DNA of 64,000 bases from Planctomycetota bacterium (GTDB taxonomy: Bacteria > Planctomycetota > GCA-002687715 > CAIWVZ01), in contig JBGANV010000007.1 in assembly GCA_044222185.1 (NCBI GenBank), positions 96,001 to 160,000 of the forward strand, written 5' to 3'. Positions 29,694 through 39,380 of this stretch are shown here, piece after piece (positions within the stretch are counted from its first letter, which is position 1; every line of letters begins with the position of its first letter). The notes under the pieces are model-generated. The model saw only the letters and a list, made by a program, of their open reading frames with translations, had not been told where the DNA came from and searched no databases. The position numbers and the translations under genes were made by a program.

Positions 29694-30695
29694 ATGACCC
29701 GGCGCGGCCGAATCGGTCTTTTGGGACTCGGTCCCTGGGGCAAGAACCAGTTCCGAGTCCTGTCCGAGCTCGAAGAACTTCGGCTCGCATTCGACGTAGA
29801 TCCAGCCGCACTCGCCGCGGCCCCCGAGGCCCTGCGGGCGGCGTCATTCGACGCGATGCTGGAGGATCCACGGGTCGAGGCGATCGTGATCGCCACCCCG
29901 GCGTCGACCCATTTCGCTCTGGCCCGGCGCGCGCTTGCGGCCGGCAAGGACGTCTTCGTCGAGAAGCCCCTCACCCTGGACCCCGAAGAAGGCCAGGAAC
30001 TGGTGGAGCTCTCCGACCGGCTTGGTCGGGTGCTCATGGTGGGGCACGTCACGGTCTACCACCCCGGGATCCTCGCGCTGCGCGAGCTCCTCGTTCGTGG
30101 CCACCTGGGCCAGCCGCGGTACGTCTACTCGAACCGGCTCAACCTGGGCACGGTGCGCGAGACCGAGAACATCCTGTGGTCGTTCGCTCCGCACGATTTC
30201 GCCGTCCTGCTCCACCTCCTCGGCAAGTCGCCCACGCGAATCGTCGCCGTCGGGTCGACCTACGTCCGCGAGGGCCGACCGGACGTCACCGTGACCCACC
30301 TGGAATTCCCACTCGGCGTGCGTGCCCACATCTTCGTCTCCTGGCTGCACCCGATGAGAGAGCACCGGCTCGTCGTCAGCGGCGATCGCCGCATGGCCGT
30401 CTTCTCCGACGACGGGAAGGGCGGGAATCTCACGGTGTTCGACGTGGGCGTGGACCTCGTTGGTGACAAGGCGGTTCACCGGCGCGGCGGCGGGGAGGCG
30501 GTCCCGCTTCCACCACAGGAGCCGCTGCGCCTCGAGATGGCGCACTTCCTCGAGTGCATCGACCGGAGGGAGGAGCCGCTCACGGGCGGACGCCACGGTC
30601 TCGAAGTCGTCCGGCTCCTCTCTGCGTCGGACGGAAGCCTGAAGCGCGGAGGTCTTCCGGTGACGTTCGCTCCTGGCGTGGGGTACGGTCCGTGA
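29694..30695 (+). CDS. Gfo/Idh/MocA oxidoreductase (WbpB/WlbA-like)
   Basis: GLGPWG, IATPASTH, VFVEKP, MVGH, LWSFAPHD. Confidence 0.88.
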   Translation: MTRRGRIGLLGLGPWGKNQFRVLSELEELRLAFDVDPAALAAAPEALRAASFDAMLEDPRVEAIVIATPASTHFALARRALAAGKDVFVEKPLTLDPEEGQELVELSDRLGRVLMVGHVTVYHPGILALRELLVRGHLGQPRYVYSNRLNLGTVRETENILWSFAPHDFAVLLHLLGKSPTRIVAVGSTYVREGRPDVTVTHLEFPLGVRAHIFVSWLHPMREHRLVVSGDRRMAVFSDDGKGGNLTVFDVGVDLVGDKAVHRRGGGEAVPLPPQEPLRLEMAHFLECIDRREEPLTGGRHGLEVVRLLSASDGSLKRGGLPVTFAPGVGYGP

Positions 30696-31261
30696 CGACC
30701 TCCGGGATTCACGTGACGGCCGTCGTCGATCCCGGTGCCGTGATCGGGGACGGGACGCGCGTCTGGCACTTCTGTCACGTGATGCCCGGGGCCCGCGTCG
30801 GACGCGACTGCAGCCTCGGGCAGAACGGTTATGTCGGAGGCCGCGTCGTCATCGGTGATCGTTGCCGGATCCAGAACAACGTCTCGCTCTATGACGGAGT
30901 CGTCCTCGAAGACGACGTCTTCGTGGGGCCGTCGGCGGTCTTCACCAACGTGGATCGCCCGCGCGCGGCGTTTCCTCGGAAGGACCGATATGGCGAGACC
31001 CGCATCCGCAGCGGCGCGACGATCGGCGCGAACGCGACGATCGTCTGCGGCGTCACGGTCGGTCGCGGCGCGTTCGTCGCCGCCGGTGCCGTCGTCACGC
31101 ACGACGTTCCTGATTTCGTGCTCGTCGCCGGCGTGCCCGCGCGTCCGCGTGGGCTCGTCTGCCTTTGTGGCGAGGCCGTGGACGCCACTTCCCTGAATTG
31201 CACGGCCTGCGACCGGCGCTACATCCGAGCCGGGACGGGGCTGAAGGAGTCGCCATCGTGA
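30692..31261 (+). CDS. Hexapeptide-repeat N-acetyltransferase (WbpD/WlbB-like)
   Basis: IGDGTRVWHFCHV, CSLGQN, IQNNVSLYDGV, GPSAVFTN, C-terminal CLCG..CTAC. Confidence 0.9.
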   Translation: MTTSGIHVTAVVDPGAVIGDGTRVWHFCHVMPGARVGRDCSLGQNGYVGGRVVIGDRCRIQNNVSLYDGVVLEDDVFVGPSAVFTNVDRPRAAFPRKDRYGETRIRSGATIGANATIVCGVTVGRGAFVAAGAVVTHDVPDFVLVAGVPARPRGLVCLCGEAVDATSLNCTACDRRYIRAGTGLKESPS

Positions 31262-32367
31262 CCGTTCCCTTCATCGATCTGCGGCGCGCAAACGCTTCGT
31301 TCGAAGCGGTCGCACGCGACGCCGTCCTTCGCGTTCTCGAGCACAAGCAGTTCATCCTCGGCAAGGAAGTGGAGGCGTTCGAGTCCTCCATGTCGGCGGC
31401 CCTCGACGGCCTGCGCGTCGTCGGCATGTCGAGCGGGACGGACGCACTCCTTGCCGGCATGATGGCGCTGGGAGTGAAGGCGGGAGACCGGGTACTCACG
31501 TCGCCGTTCTCCTTCTTTGCCACTGCGGGGACGATCACGCGGCTCGGAGCCGTGCCCGTGTTCGTCGACATCGAGCCCGGCCATTTCGACCTCGACGTCC
31601 GTCAGCTCGGCCGGATCGACCGCACGCGGCTTTCGGCGATCATTCCCGTGCACTTGTTCGGGCACGTGGCTGATCTCGACCCGCTACTGGACTGGGCGCG
31701 CGAGATTCCCGTGCTCGAAGACGCCTGCCAGGCCATCGGCGGGAAGGACTCACGCGGACGTCACGCGGGCTCCATCGGCCGCATGGGCGCGTTCTCGTTC
31801 TTCCCGACCAAGAACCTGGGAGCCGCAGGCGATGCGGGCATGGCGACCACGCGGGACCCCGAGCTCGAGAAGTCGCTCCGCATGATCCGGGCCCACGGCC
31901 AGGTGACGCAGTACGTTCACCGCGTCATCGGCGGCAACTTCCGGATCGACGCCATGCAGGCGGCGATCCTGGCCGCGGGGCTTCCGCAGCTCGACTCGAT
32001 GAATCGCGTGCGGCGGGAGAACGCCGCCCGATACGCCGCGTTGTTCCAATCCGCCGGGCTCCTCGACGGCCGAGTCGCGCTTCCCGTGATCGACGCGGGA
32101 CACACCGTGCACCAATACGTGGTCCGCATCGGCGGCGGGCGTCGTGACGCGTTGCAGGCGGCCCTGAAGGCTCGTGGCATCGCGACGATGGTCTACTATC
32201 CCGTCCCGTTCCACCTGCAGGAGTGCTTCAAGGATCTGGGCTACCGCCAGGGGGAATTCCCCGAGGCCGAGCGCGCCGCGCGCGAAGTCCTTGCGCTGCC
32301 GATCTTCCCTGGCCTGACGGCTGCGGAGCAGGAGGAGGTCGTGCACGGGATCGCAGACGCGATGTGA
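31258..32367 (+). CDS. DegT/DnrJ/EryC1/StrS aminotransferase (WbpE/WlbC-like)
   Basis: VPFIDL, SGTDAL, PVHLFG, EDACQAIG, SFFPTKNLG, LALPIFP. Confidence 0.93.
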   Translation: MTVPFIDLRRANASFEAVARDAVLRVLEHKQFILGKEVEAFESSMSAALDGLRVVGMSSGTDALLAGMMALGVKAGDRVLTSPFSFFATAGTITRLGAVPVFVDIEPGHFDLDVRQLGRIDRTRLSAIIPVHLFGHVADLDPLLDWAREIPVLEDACQAIGGKDSRGRHAGSIGRMGAFSFFPTKNLGAAGDAGMATTRDPELEKSLRMIRAHGQVTQYVHRVIGGNFRIDAMQAAILAAGLPQLDSMNRVRRENAARYAALFQSAGLLDGRVALPVIDAGHTVHQYVVRIGGGRRDALQAALKARGIATMVYYPVPFHLQECFKDLGYRQGEFPEAERAAREVLALPIFPGLTAAEQEEVVHGIADAM

Positions 32368-32372
32368 TGCCC

Positions 32373-32409
32373 GCATCCCGTCGGGTGGCTGGCCCCCGAT
32401 GCTGGATGC
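32373..32409 (+). terminator. Hairpin after the aminotransferase gene
   Basis: gcatcc-cgtcggg / cccgatg-ctggatgc arms; no clear U tract. Confidence 0.3.
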
Positions 32410-32461
32410 AGCGACGCGAGCCTGTTGGCCGCAGGCATGCGGCGGATGCGCAGGAGACGTC

Positions 32462-32599
32462 ATGCGCCGAGCCCTGAAACGGCGATCCGAACTCTCACTC
32501 GTCCGCCTCGTCTCGTTCCGCTTTCAGGTGGCGACGTACGATCCGGCGACCGGGACGTATGCACTCGGACAATCGGTCGCGACCGTCCTGCGTCCTTGA
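32462..32599 (+). CDS. Small ORF or gene remnant (45 aa)
   Basis: AGGAGA SD; ends FRFQVATYDPATGTYALGQSVATVLRP, similar to an internal segment of the 50595 protein. Confidence 0.3.
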   Translation: MRRALKRRSELSLVRLVSFRFQVATYDPATGTYALGQSVATVLRP

Positions 32600-32671
32600 C
32601 CGCGACGACGCTCCGGCGACCGCGGGCCTGATCGTCGAACGCCGGACACGGCGAATCCGGCCACGCCGACG

Positions 32672-34285
32672 TCAGCCGCCGCGGATGTCCGTGGGCAGCC
32701 CCGTGTGCGCGTCCAGCTCCTTCGTCGTGCGCTCGAACCGGTGCTGCGGACCCAGGAGATCGCGCTGAGGTTGATAGCCCTCGAGTGGCTGGGCGCCGAA
32801 TCCCATGAGGTGCGGCGTCACGAAGATCAGGAGCTCGATCCGCTCCTCCGCGTCGTCCTCGCGCGTGAAGAAGATGTCTCCGATGATGGGGATGTCTCCC
32901 AGGACCGGGGCCTTCTGTTCCTTGAAGCGCTTTGCCGTGCGATAGAGGCCGCCGATCACCAGCGTCTCGTTGTTCTGCACGAGGACGTTCGACGTGACCT
33001 TGCGGTCGTCGATCACGGGCACTCCGAGCCTGAAGTCGACGAGCTCGCGCGTTTCGGGCTCGACCTTCATCTTCACGACGCGGTCGGCGCCGACCTCGGG
33101 GGTCACCTTGAGCTTGATCCCGATCTCCTCGTACTCGATCTCGCTCGACGAGCTCGTCGCCGCGTTTCCGCCGCCGACGTCGATCGTGTTCTGCGACTTG
33201 ATGTAGGGGATCCGCTGAACGACGTCGATCTTGGCCTCTTCGCCCGAGATCGTCGCGACGATGGGGTTGCTCAAGACGTTCAGCTTCGTCTTGCCCTTGT
33301 ACCCGGAGAGCAGGACCGAGAGCAGGTTGTTCGCGTTCGTGATGCCGAACTTGAAGGGCGCCGGGCCGTCGGGAGAGATCGATGGCAAGGTCGACTGCAC
33401 GATGCCGTCGTACGAGCCCAGATCGATCTGGCCAGAGTCGCTGACGGCGCCGTGGCCGGAGTTCCGCTCGCGACGCACCTCGACGACGATGGCCTCGATG
33501 AGCACCTGCGGCGCGCGCGAGTCCGCCGTCTGCATGAACTCCTCGACGCGGGAGAGCGCGTCCGTCGTGTCGGTCACCGTGAAGCGGTGCCCGGCCTCGT
33601 CGTTGACGATCACGGCGCCAGCCGAGAGCAGCGGCTTGATGAGCTTCTCCGGATCGAAAACCCGGTTGGAGCGTACGACCCACGTCCGGGTCTCCGTCTG
33701 ACGGTCCACGTCCACGACGGTGAGCACGTCGTTCTCGAAGGAGAGACGGTGTCCGTGCTGGCGCAGGACGGTATCGAGACCGAACATGGGATCGACGTCG
33801 GGGAAGTTCACGGTCACGGGCTCCGTGAGCCCGGTCGGAACGATCACGTTCGCCTTCATTTCCGCCGCCACCGATGCCACCACTTCCCGAAGGGGCGTCT
33901 CCTGGAAGACGATCGCGAGACGCGGTCCGGTCCACGCAGGGAGCGGTTTCGATGGACGCGAGGCCGGGCGGCTCGCAGGCCGATCGCCTTCCTGCACGTA
34001 CGGCTTGCCCGCCAGCATCGGCATCACCTTCGCCCGGGCCGTCTGGAGCTCGTCGGCGATCGCTGCGCGACCCGCTTCGGTGGTCGTGTCGACCTCGAGC
34101 CATCCGTCCGTGTGGTTGCGGCGCACGAGCCGCTCGTCCACGTCGTTCGACGCCGTCGATCCGCAGCCGCCGAGGACGGCGCACGCGATCGCGAGCCGGA
34201 CGAGCGCGCTCGTCCAGGAGCGTGACTGCTGGGCGGCATGCCGGAGCCTGCTCGCGGACCGCGGGCAGGGTGTGTTCGTCACCAT
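32672..34285 (-). CDS. gspD: Secretin, type II secretion / type IV pilus (GspD/PilQ family)
   Basis: Lipobox VLGGC; APQVLIEAIVVEV, VLSNP, GIKLKVTP, ETLVIGGL, PVLGDIPIIG, ELLIFVTP; AGGAGA SD before ATG 34285. Confidence 0.9.
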   Translation of the reverse strand: MVTNTPCPRSASRLRHAAQQSRSWTSALVRLAIACAVLGGCGSTASNDVDERLVRRNHTDGWLEVDTTTEAGRAAIADELQTARAKVMPMLAGKPYVQEGDRPASRPASRPSKPLPAWTGPRLAIVFQETPLREVVASVAAEMKANVIVPTGLTEPVTVNFPDVDPMFGLDTVLRQHGHRLSFENDVLTVVDVDRQTETRTWVVRSNRVFDPEKLIKPLLSAGAVIVNDEAGHRFTVTDTTDALSRVEEFMQTADSRAPQVLIEAIVVEVRRERNSGHGAVSDSGQIDLGSYDGIVQSTLPSISPDGPAPFKFGITNANNLLSVLLSGYKGKTKLNVLSNPIVATISGEEAKIDVVQRIPYIKSQNTIDVGGGNAATSSSSEIEYEEIGIKLKVTPEVGADRVVKMKVEPETRELVDFRLGVPVIDDRKVTSNVLVQNNETLVIGGLYRTAKRFKEQKAPVLGDIPIIGDIFFTREDDAEERIELLIFVTPHLMGFGAQPLEGYQPQRDLLGPQHRFERTTKELDAHTGLPTDIRGG

Positions 34286-34350
34286 CGGAACGTCTCCTTC
34301 TTCTCGTTCCTTCATCGGCTCGCGGGTCGCGGCGCCCTTGAGCCGGGCCC

Positions 34351-35079
34351 TCACCCGCCCGTCCAGCCGTCGGCGTTCGGATTCGCCCCGTTCCCGCTGC
34401 TGAGTCCCGTTTCATTCTTCGGGCGCACGTAGGAGACCGGTGTTCCTCCCGGGATCAGGGCTCGCCCCCAGGCGTCCTTCGTCCAATCCACGTCCGAGGA
34501 GAGGAGGTTCTTGGACTTCAGGGTGTTGACGACCGTCGTGATGTTCGAGGAAAGGCCCGTCTTCGGCTTGTAGTTCGCGTAGTAGCTGCTGATCGCCTGA
34601 GTCACGGTTGCGGCGACGAACGCCGACCGCTCGCGCATCTGGGCCATGATCGAGACCGTGAGGACGAGGTCGTCCGTATCGCCCGACTTGCGATTCTCGC
34701 CCAGACATCGCAGGCGCACCGTGTTCACGTCGACCTTCGTCAACGCAAAGGCCGTGCTCCAGGCATCCGTGAGGCCCGAGCCCTGCGTCGGCACCTGGAC
34801 GTACGGGCCGAGCCAGTGTGCGGCGACGCCGTAGGTCTTGGGCGGATTCGAGTTGGCGGCAGTGAGCAGGAGCAGCTCGTCCAGGTTGCGTGGCACGCGG
34901 CCCATGTCCGCGGCGAACCGTCTGATCCCGCCCGCGATGAGCTCCATGTCGGAACGCGTTCGCTCGTATTTCTGCCCGGCTTCGATCGACGTGAACGCTG
35001 GCGACAGCGCCCCGGCCAGGATGATCAGGATGGCGACGGCGATCACGATTTCGATCAACGTGAATCCGTGGTTCTTCAC
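34351..35079 (-). CDS. Prepilin / GspG-like pseudopilin
   Basis: GFTLIEIVIAVAIL, WLGPY, DAWST, second DAWG; GGAGG SD before GTG 35079. Confidence 0.85.
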   Translation of the reverse strand: MKNHGFTLIEIVIAVAILIILAGALSPAFTSIEAGQKYERTRSDMELIAGGIRRFAADMGRVPRNLDELLLLTAANSNPPKTYGVAAHWLGPYVQVPTQGSGLTDAWSTAFALTKVDVNTVRLRCLGENRKSGDTDDLVLTVSIMAQMRERSAFVAATVTQAISSYYANYKPKTGLSSNITTVVNTLKSKNLLSSDVDWTKDAWGRALIPGGTPVSYVRPKNETGLSSGNGANPNADGWTGG

Positions 35080-36287
35080 CGTCCACCTCCGCGGACCGCC
35101 GTGAGCACGGCGAGGATCGGCGAGATCACCGTGTAAACCGCGAACCCGACGGCCGCGCCCGAGACGATCGTCATGATGGGGCCGAGCATGGAAATCAGGC
35201 GGTTGACGATGCGAGGGATCTCGCGATCGAGGTACGTCTGCACGCGGCCCAGCGCTTCGTCGAGCGATCCGGACCGCTCTCCCACCGAGACCATCTGCAC
35301 CACGATCGCGGGGAAGCGTCCCGCACGCTTGACGGCCGCACTGAGCGCGTCTCCGTGGGTCACGGCTTCGAGGATGGATGCGACCGCTGCGCGCATCCGC
35401 TCCGTGCGGAGCGCCTGTCCCGTCGTCGAGAGCGCCTTCGAGATCATCACGCCGCTGCGTGACAGCAGCGAGAGGAGTGACACGAAACTCGCCGTCTCCG
35501 CCAGTTGGAGGAGCGTCCCGATGACGGGTACCCGGAACAGGATCTCCTGGATCAGATGCCGGGTTCGTCGGAATCGGAGCGAGAGCTTGAGCGCGATGGC
35601 GGCGCCGACCAGGCCGCCGACGAGCAGCGGCCATTTCGCCAGGATGACGTCTTTCGTCGCCAGCAGGAACACCGTGCTCGGCGGAGGAGCGATGCGCGCT
35701 CGCTCGAAAATCCCGGACACGCGCGGGATCAAGTAGAGGATCACGAGCAGCAGAAGTCCGACCAGCATCACGAGCACGATGCACGGGTAGCGGAACGCGG
35801 ACTTGATTTGCTGGTTGACCTGCGTGCGCCAGGTGAGTTTCTGCGCCAGTGATCCCAGCACCGTGTCCAGTGCACCCGACTGCTCTCCGGCCTCCACCAC
35901 GGTCCGGTACGCTTCGTCGAAGACCTGTGGGTGATGGCTCAGGGCCTCGGAGAACGTGACGCCGTGGCTCACTCGTTCCTGGAGGTCGCGCAGGATCGCG
36001 CGGGTCTGCGAGTGGACGGTGTCCGCCGAGATCTGCGCCAGGGCCTCGGCGATGGGGAATCCCGCTTTCGTGAGGATCTCCAGTCGTTCGGTGAGGTCGG
36101 CGAGCACGAGGGGAGGGATGCGCGCGCTCGTCGCCTTGGGGCCGTGCGCCGAGGACACGCTCGCCTTGACGAGGAACTGACCGGACTGCCGGAGGAGCTT
36201 CGTCAGATCGTCGATCGATGCGGCCGCGGAGCGACCGTTGCACCGAACTCCGTCTGCCTGGACGGCCACGTAGTCGAACGTGGGCAT
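35076..36287 (-). CDS. gspF: Type II secretion system F / PilC platform protein
   Basis: MPTFDYVA, AGEQSGALD, YPCIV, VGERSGSLD. Confidence 0.93.
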   Translation of the reverse strand: MPTFDYVAVQADGVRCNGRSAAASIDDLTKLLRQSGQFLVKASVSSAHGPKATSARIPPLVLADLTERLEILTKAGFPIAEALAQISADTVHSQTRAILRDLQERVSHGVTFSEALSHHPQVFDEAYRTVVEAGEQSGALDTVLGSLAQKLTWRTQVNQQIKSAFRYPCIVLVMLVGLLLLVILYLIPRVSGIFERARIAPPPSTVFLLATKDVILAKWPLLVGGLVGAAIALKLSLRFRRTRHLIQEILFRVPVIGTLLQLAETASFVSLLSLLSRSGVMISKALSTTGQALRTERMRAAVASILEAVTHGDALSAAVKRAGRFPAIVVQMVSVGERSGSLDEALGRVQTYLDREIPRIVNRLISMLGPIMTIVSGAAVGFAVYTVISPILAVLTAVRGGGR

Positions 36288-36325
36288 CGTCGTCCTCCTT
36301 CCCGCCTCTGCTCGGTCTGACCTGA

Positions 36326-37978
36326 CTACGCCATCGTCACGCGATCGACTTCCGCTTGCGTCGTCTTGCCGTCGAGGACCTTTTCGCGGCCGTCGAACGA
36401 CATGGGGCGGAAGTCTCCGCTCAATGCCAGCTCCAGGAGCTCATTTTCGGTGGGACGGTTGAGGATCGCCTTTCGCATCGGATCGTCGATGACGAACAGC
36501 TCGTGGAGCCCGATGCGCCCTTTGAAGCCCGAGCGCGCGCAGTTGGAGCACCCAACCGGATCGCGACGTTGGTCGGCGCGGGCCTGGAGTTCCGCGGAGA
36601 ACTCGATGCGCTTCTTGACTTTCGTCTCCGTCGGCACGGAGCACTCCTTGCAGAGACGGCGCGTGAGCCGCTGACCCACGATTCCCAGGAGCGTCGACGA
36701 GACCAGGAACGGCTCGATGCCCATGTCGATGAGGCGCGGGACGGCGCCTGCGGCGGAATTCGTGTGCAGCGTCGACATCACGAGGTGTCCCGTGAGCGCG
36801 GCCCGCGTGGCGATCTCGGCGGTCTCCTTGTCCCGGATCTCGCCGATGAGGACGACTTCCGGGTCGTGCCGGAGGATCGCTCGCAGCGCGCTCGCGAACG
36901 TGAAGCCGATGGACGACTTCACCTGGCACTGGCGAACCATCGGGATCGTGTACTCCACGGGATCCTCGACGGTGATGACCTTCTTCTCCATCGCGTCGAT
37001 GGTGGACAGCAGGGAATAGAGCGTCGTCGTCTTGCCCGAGCCCGTCGGTCCGGTGACCAGGATCAGTCCGTGGGGGCGCTGTGCCATCGCGAGCAGCGGA
37101 TCGAGCACGCGCGGCGCCATCTCGAGGGACGACGGCGGCTCGACGCCGCGCGCCGTGTCCAGCAGCCGGATGACGCAACCTTCGCCGTGCACGGTCGGCA
37201 GGATCGAGATTCGCATGTCGACCTTGCCCGTCGGCGTCGTGAACTGCGAGCGTCCGTCCTGTGGAAGTCTGTGCTCGCAGATGTCCAGGTCCGCGAGGAC
37301 CTTCACGCGCGCGATGAACAGCGCCGCCGTTTCCTTGGGCCAGGTGCGCCCCTGCCGCAGCACGCCGTCGACGCGGTAGCGGACTCGGAACACCCGCTCG
37401 TCCGGCTCGAAATGGATGTCCGTCGCACGCGAGTGGACGGCGTCCTGGAACACTTCGTCCAGAAGCGGGTTGACGTCCGTCTCGCTCGCCGGGCCCGCGA
37501 GCTTCGCCGGAGCGTCCGCGTCGGGCCGCGGCTCGAGGCGCGCCACGCGTTCGATCTCGCGCGCGATCTCGGCCTTCAGTGCGACGACCGTCTCCACGGG
37601 CACGTGGAGGAGCGCCTGCACGCCGTCGACGGCCTCCACGTCCAGCGGATCGTTCGTCGCGATCCGGATGCGGCGCGCGGACGGCTTCAGCGGGATCATG
37701 TTCCGCGCCCGCAGCCGCTCGACACCGATTCGATGCGCCGTCTCGAGGTCCACATCCTTCGAGTCGATCGAGACGAAGGCGAGGTGGAACTGCGCGGCGA
37801 GCGCTTGACAGATCTGTTGTTCGGTGCAGAAGCCCGCATCCACGAGAACCGCGCCCAGGCGCCCCCCGCGTGTCGCCTGCTCGGAGAGCGCCATCTCGAG
37901 CCGGCCAGGCGTGAGGACGCCCTGGCGCACGAGGGTCTCGCCGAGAATCCCCAGGCGGGGCGTCGTTCCGGTGGTCAT
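36326..37978 (-). CDS. gspE: GspE/PilB assembly ATPase with MshEN-like N-terminus
   Basis: ATDIHFEP, RLPQDG, GPTGSGKTTT, TVEDPVEY, LRHDPEVVLIGEIRD, TGHLVMSTLH, CKEC/CSNC. Confidence 0.95.
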   Translation of the reverse strand: MTTGTTPRLGILGETLVRQGVLTPGRLEMALSEQATRGGRLGAVLVDAGFCTEQQICQALAAQFHLAFVSIDSKDVDLETAHRIGVERLRARNMIPLKPSARRIRIATNDPLDVEAVDGVQALLHVPVETVVALKAEIAREIERVARLEPRPDADAPAKLAGPASETDVNPLLDEVFQDAVHSRATDIHFEPDERVFRVRYRVDGVLRQGRTWPKETAALFIARVKVLADLDICEHRLPQDGRSQFTTPTGKVDMRISILPTVHGEGCVIRLLDTARGVEPPSSLEMAPRVLDPLLAMAQRPHGLILVTGPTGSGKTTTLYSLLSTIDAMEKKVITVEDPVEYTIPMVRQCQVKSSIGFTFASALRAILRHDPEVVLIGEIRDKETAEIATRAALTGHLVMSTLHTNSAAGAVPRLIDMGIEPFLVSSTLLGIVGQRLTRRLCKECSVPTETKVKKRIEFSAELQARADQRRDPVGCSNCARSGFKGRIGLHELFVIDDPMRKAILNRPTENELLELALSGDFRPMSFDGREKVLDGKTTQAEVDRVTMA

Positions 37979-38679
37979 GCAGGCGCTCGCGGTGATTCGC
38001 GCCTGGTCGCGAAGTGCCGAGACACGCGCAGATTGGCCTGGGCGGAGAGGTCGAGCCACGGCACGCTCGTGTCCCATCCGTGAAGCTGCGCGAGCGACAG
38101 GAGGCGTCGTGCACTCTCCGTGCGGATCACCTTGAGCGGCTCCGACGGAGGAGGCTTGCGCTGCCCGAGCACGTGGGCGCGGATCCAGTCCATGCAGACG
38201 TCCGCGATGCCGTCACCGGTCGAGTGATGCGCATCGAGGGGCGGAGCGCTCAGCCACACGGCGAGGTCGTATCCCTCCACGATGGAGCCGAGCAACTCGG
38301 CCAGCACGTGGGTGTTGGAGGCGACGGCGTCCGCATTGCCGACGAGGATCACCGGCGCTTCGGCGAGTTGCACACCCGTGAGCGTCGATTCGACCGGGCC
38401 GCGGTCCTCCAGGCTGCGGTGCACGCGCAGAAGCGGCAGCCTGCGGATGAACGACTCGGCGGCTGCGCGCGTTCCGTCGCAGCTGTTGTCGTCCACGACG
38501 AGGACCTCGACCGGCAGGTGCGTCGACCGGACCCACCGGGCGATGACGTCCAGGCTCGATGGCAACGTGGACGCTTCGTCTCGCACAGGAATGACGAGCG
38601 TGAGCGCCGGGCTGCGCGGCCCGTCCTCGACCGCGGCCACCGTGCGATTCGGAATGACTGCGATGTCGGCGGCGAGCAC
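37975..38679 (-). CDS. Glycosyltransferase family 2-like protein with degenerate motifs
   Basis: LVIPVRDE, VLVVDDNSCDGT; the DxD position reads GNAD; ATGA overlap with gspE. Confidence 0.7.
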   Translation of the reverse strand: MLAADIAVIPNRTVAAVEDGPRSPALTLVIPVRDEASTLPSSLDVIARWVRSTHLPVEVLVVDDNSCDGTRAAAESFIRRLPLLRVHRSLEDRGPVESTLTGVQLAEAPVILVGNADAVASNTHVLAELLGSIVEGYDLAVWLSAPPLDAHHSTGDGIADVCMDWIRAHVLGQRKPPPSEPLKVIRTESARRLLSLAQLHGWDTSVPWLDLSAQANLRVSRHFATRRESPRAPA

Positions 38680-38691
38680 GATGATGATCCC

Positions 38692-39279
38692 TCAGGCGCC
38701 AGGCGTCACGAGGATGACGATGTCGTCGCCACTCGCGTCGCCGTGGGCCAGATTCGCGTCGGACGTTTCGAGGACGCCGTTGGGGCCGACCGAGAACACG
38801 GCGACGGAGCATTCCATGGAATCTGCGGCGGCAGCTGCCGTGTAGCTGACCCGGTATGCGTGCCCCCACGGGTCGAACACGCCCTCCTGAGCCGTCTCGC
38901 CGGCCACTCGGGTCGCACCTTGCGGCGGCGTGTATCCGATCGAGAGGTACGGTCCCTTCCAGTTCGGGTGATTGTGAGTGTTCTGATAGAGACACTCGAA
39001 CTGCCGCAGCTCGATGACGGCGTTGCCGAGTGCTCCCGGGGCGAGGTTGTAGTCGTGGGGCCAGAACCCCGTGTGGGCTCTGTACTGAGCGAAGGCGTGG
39101 GCGAACGTCTCGATGTCGGTCGTGGCTCGCGCGCGCCGCGAGTTGTCCATCTCCGATCCGATGACCGGGATCAGGACTCCGGAGAGTAGAGCGAGGATCG
39201 ACACGACGACGACCAGCTCCACGAGGGTGAAGCCCGGCGTCAACCGGTGCCGAGGGGGGAACGCGCACGGTGAACGCAT
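38692..39279 (-). CDS. gspG: GspG-like major pseudopilin
   Basis: GFTLVELVVVVSIL, NWKGPYL, DPWGHAY, SVGPNG, GDDI. Confidence 0.85.
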   Translation of the reverse strand: MRSPCAFPPRHRLTPGFTLVELVVVVSILALLSGVLIPVIGSEMDNSRRARATTDIETFAHAFAQYRAHTGFWPHDYNLAPGALGNAVIELRQFECLYQNTHNHPNWKGPYLSIGYTPPQGATRVAGETAQEGVFDPWGHAYRVSYTAAAAADSMECSVAVFSVGPNGVLETSDANLAHGDASGDDIVILVTPGA

Positions 39280-39380
39280 GCAACGACTCCGACAGGCGAA
39301 TGCGAGGTTTGGCCATCCCCGTTTTCGACCGGAATCGCGGTGGACCCTTTAGGGTTCTCGACGCCGTCTGCGGCCGTGAC

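Noticed and set aside
32460-36243. Long alternative-frame ORFs over the secretion cluster (32460..34415; 5' part of 34351..36243)
   Set aside because: Off-frame overlaps of gspD and gspF; only the portion from 35079 carries a prepilin motif.
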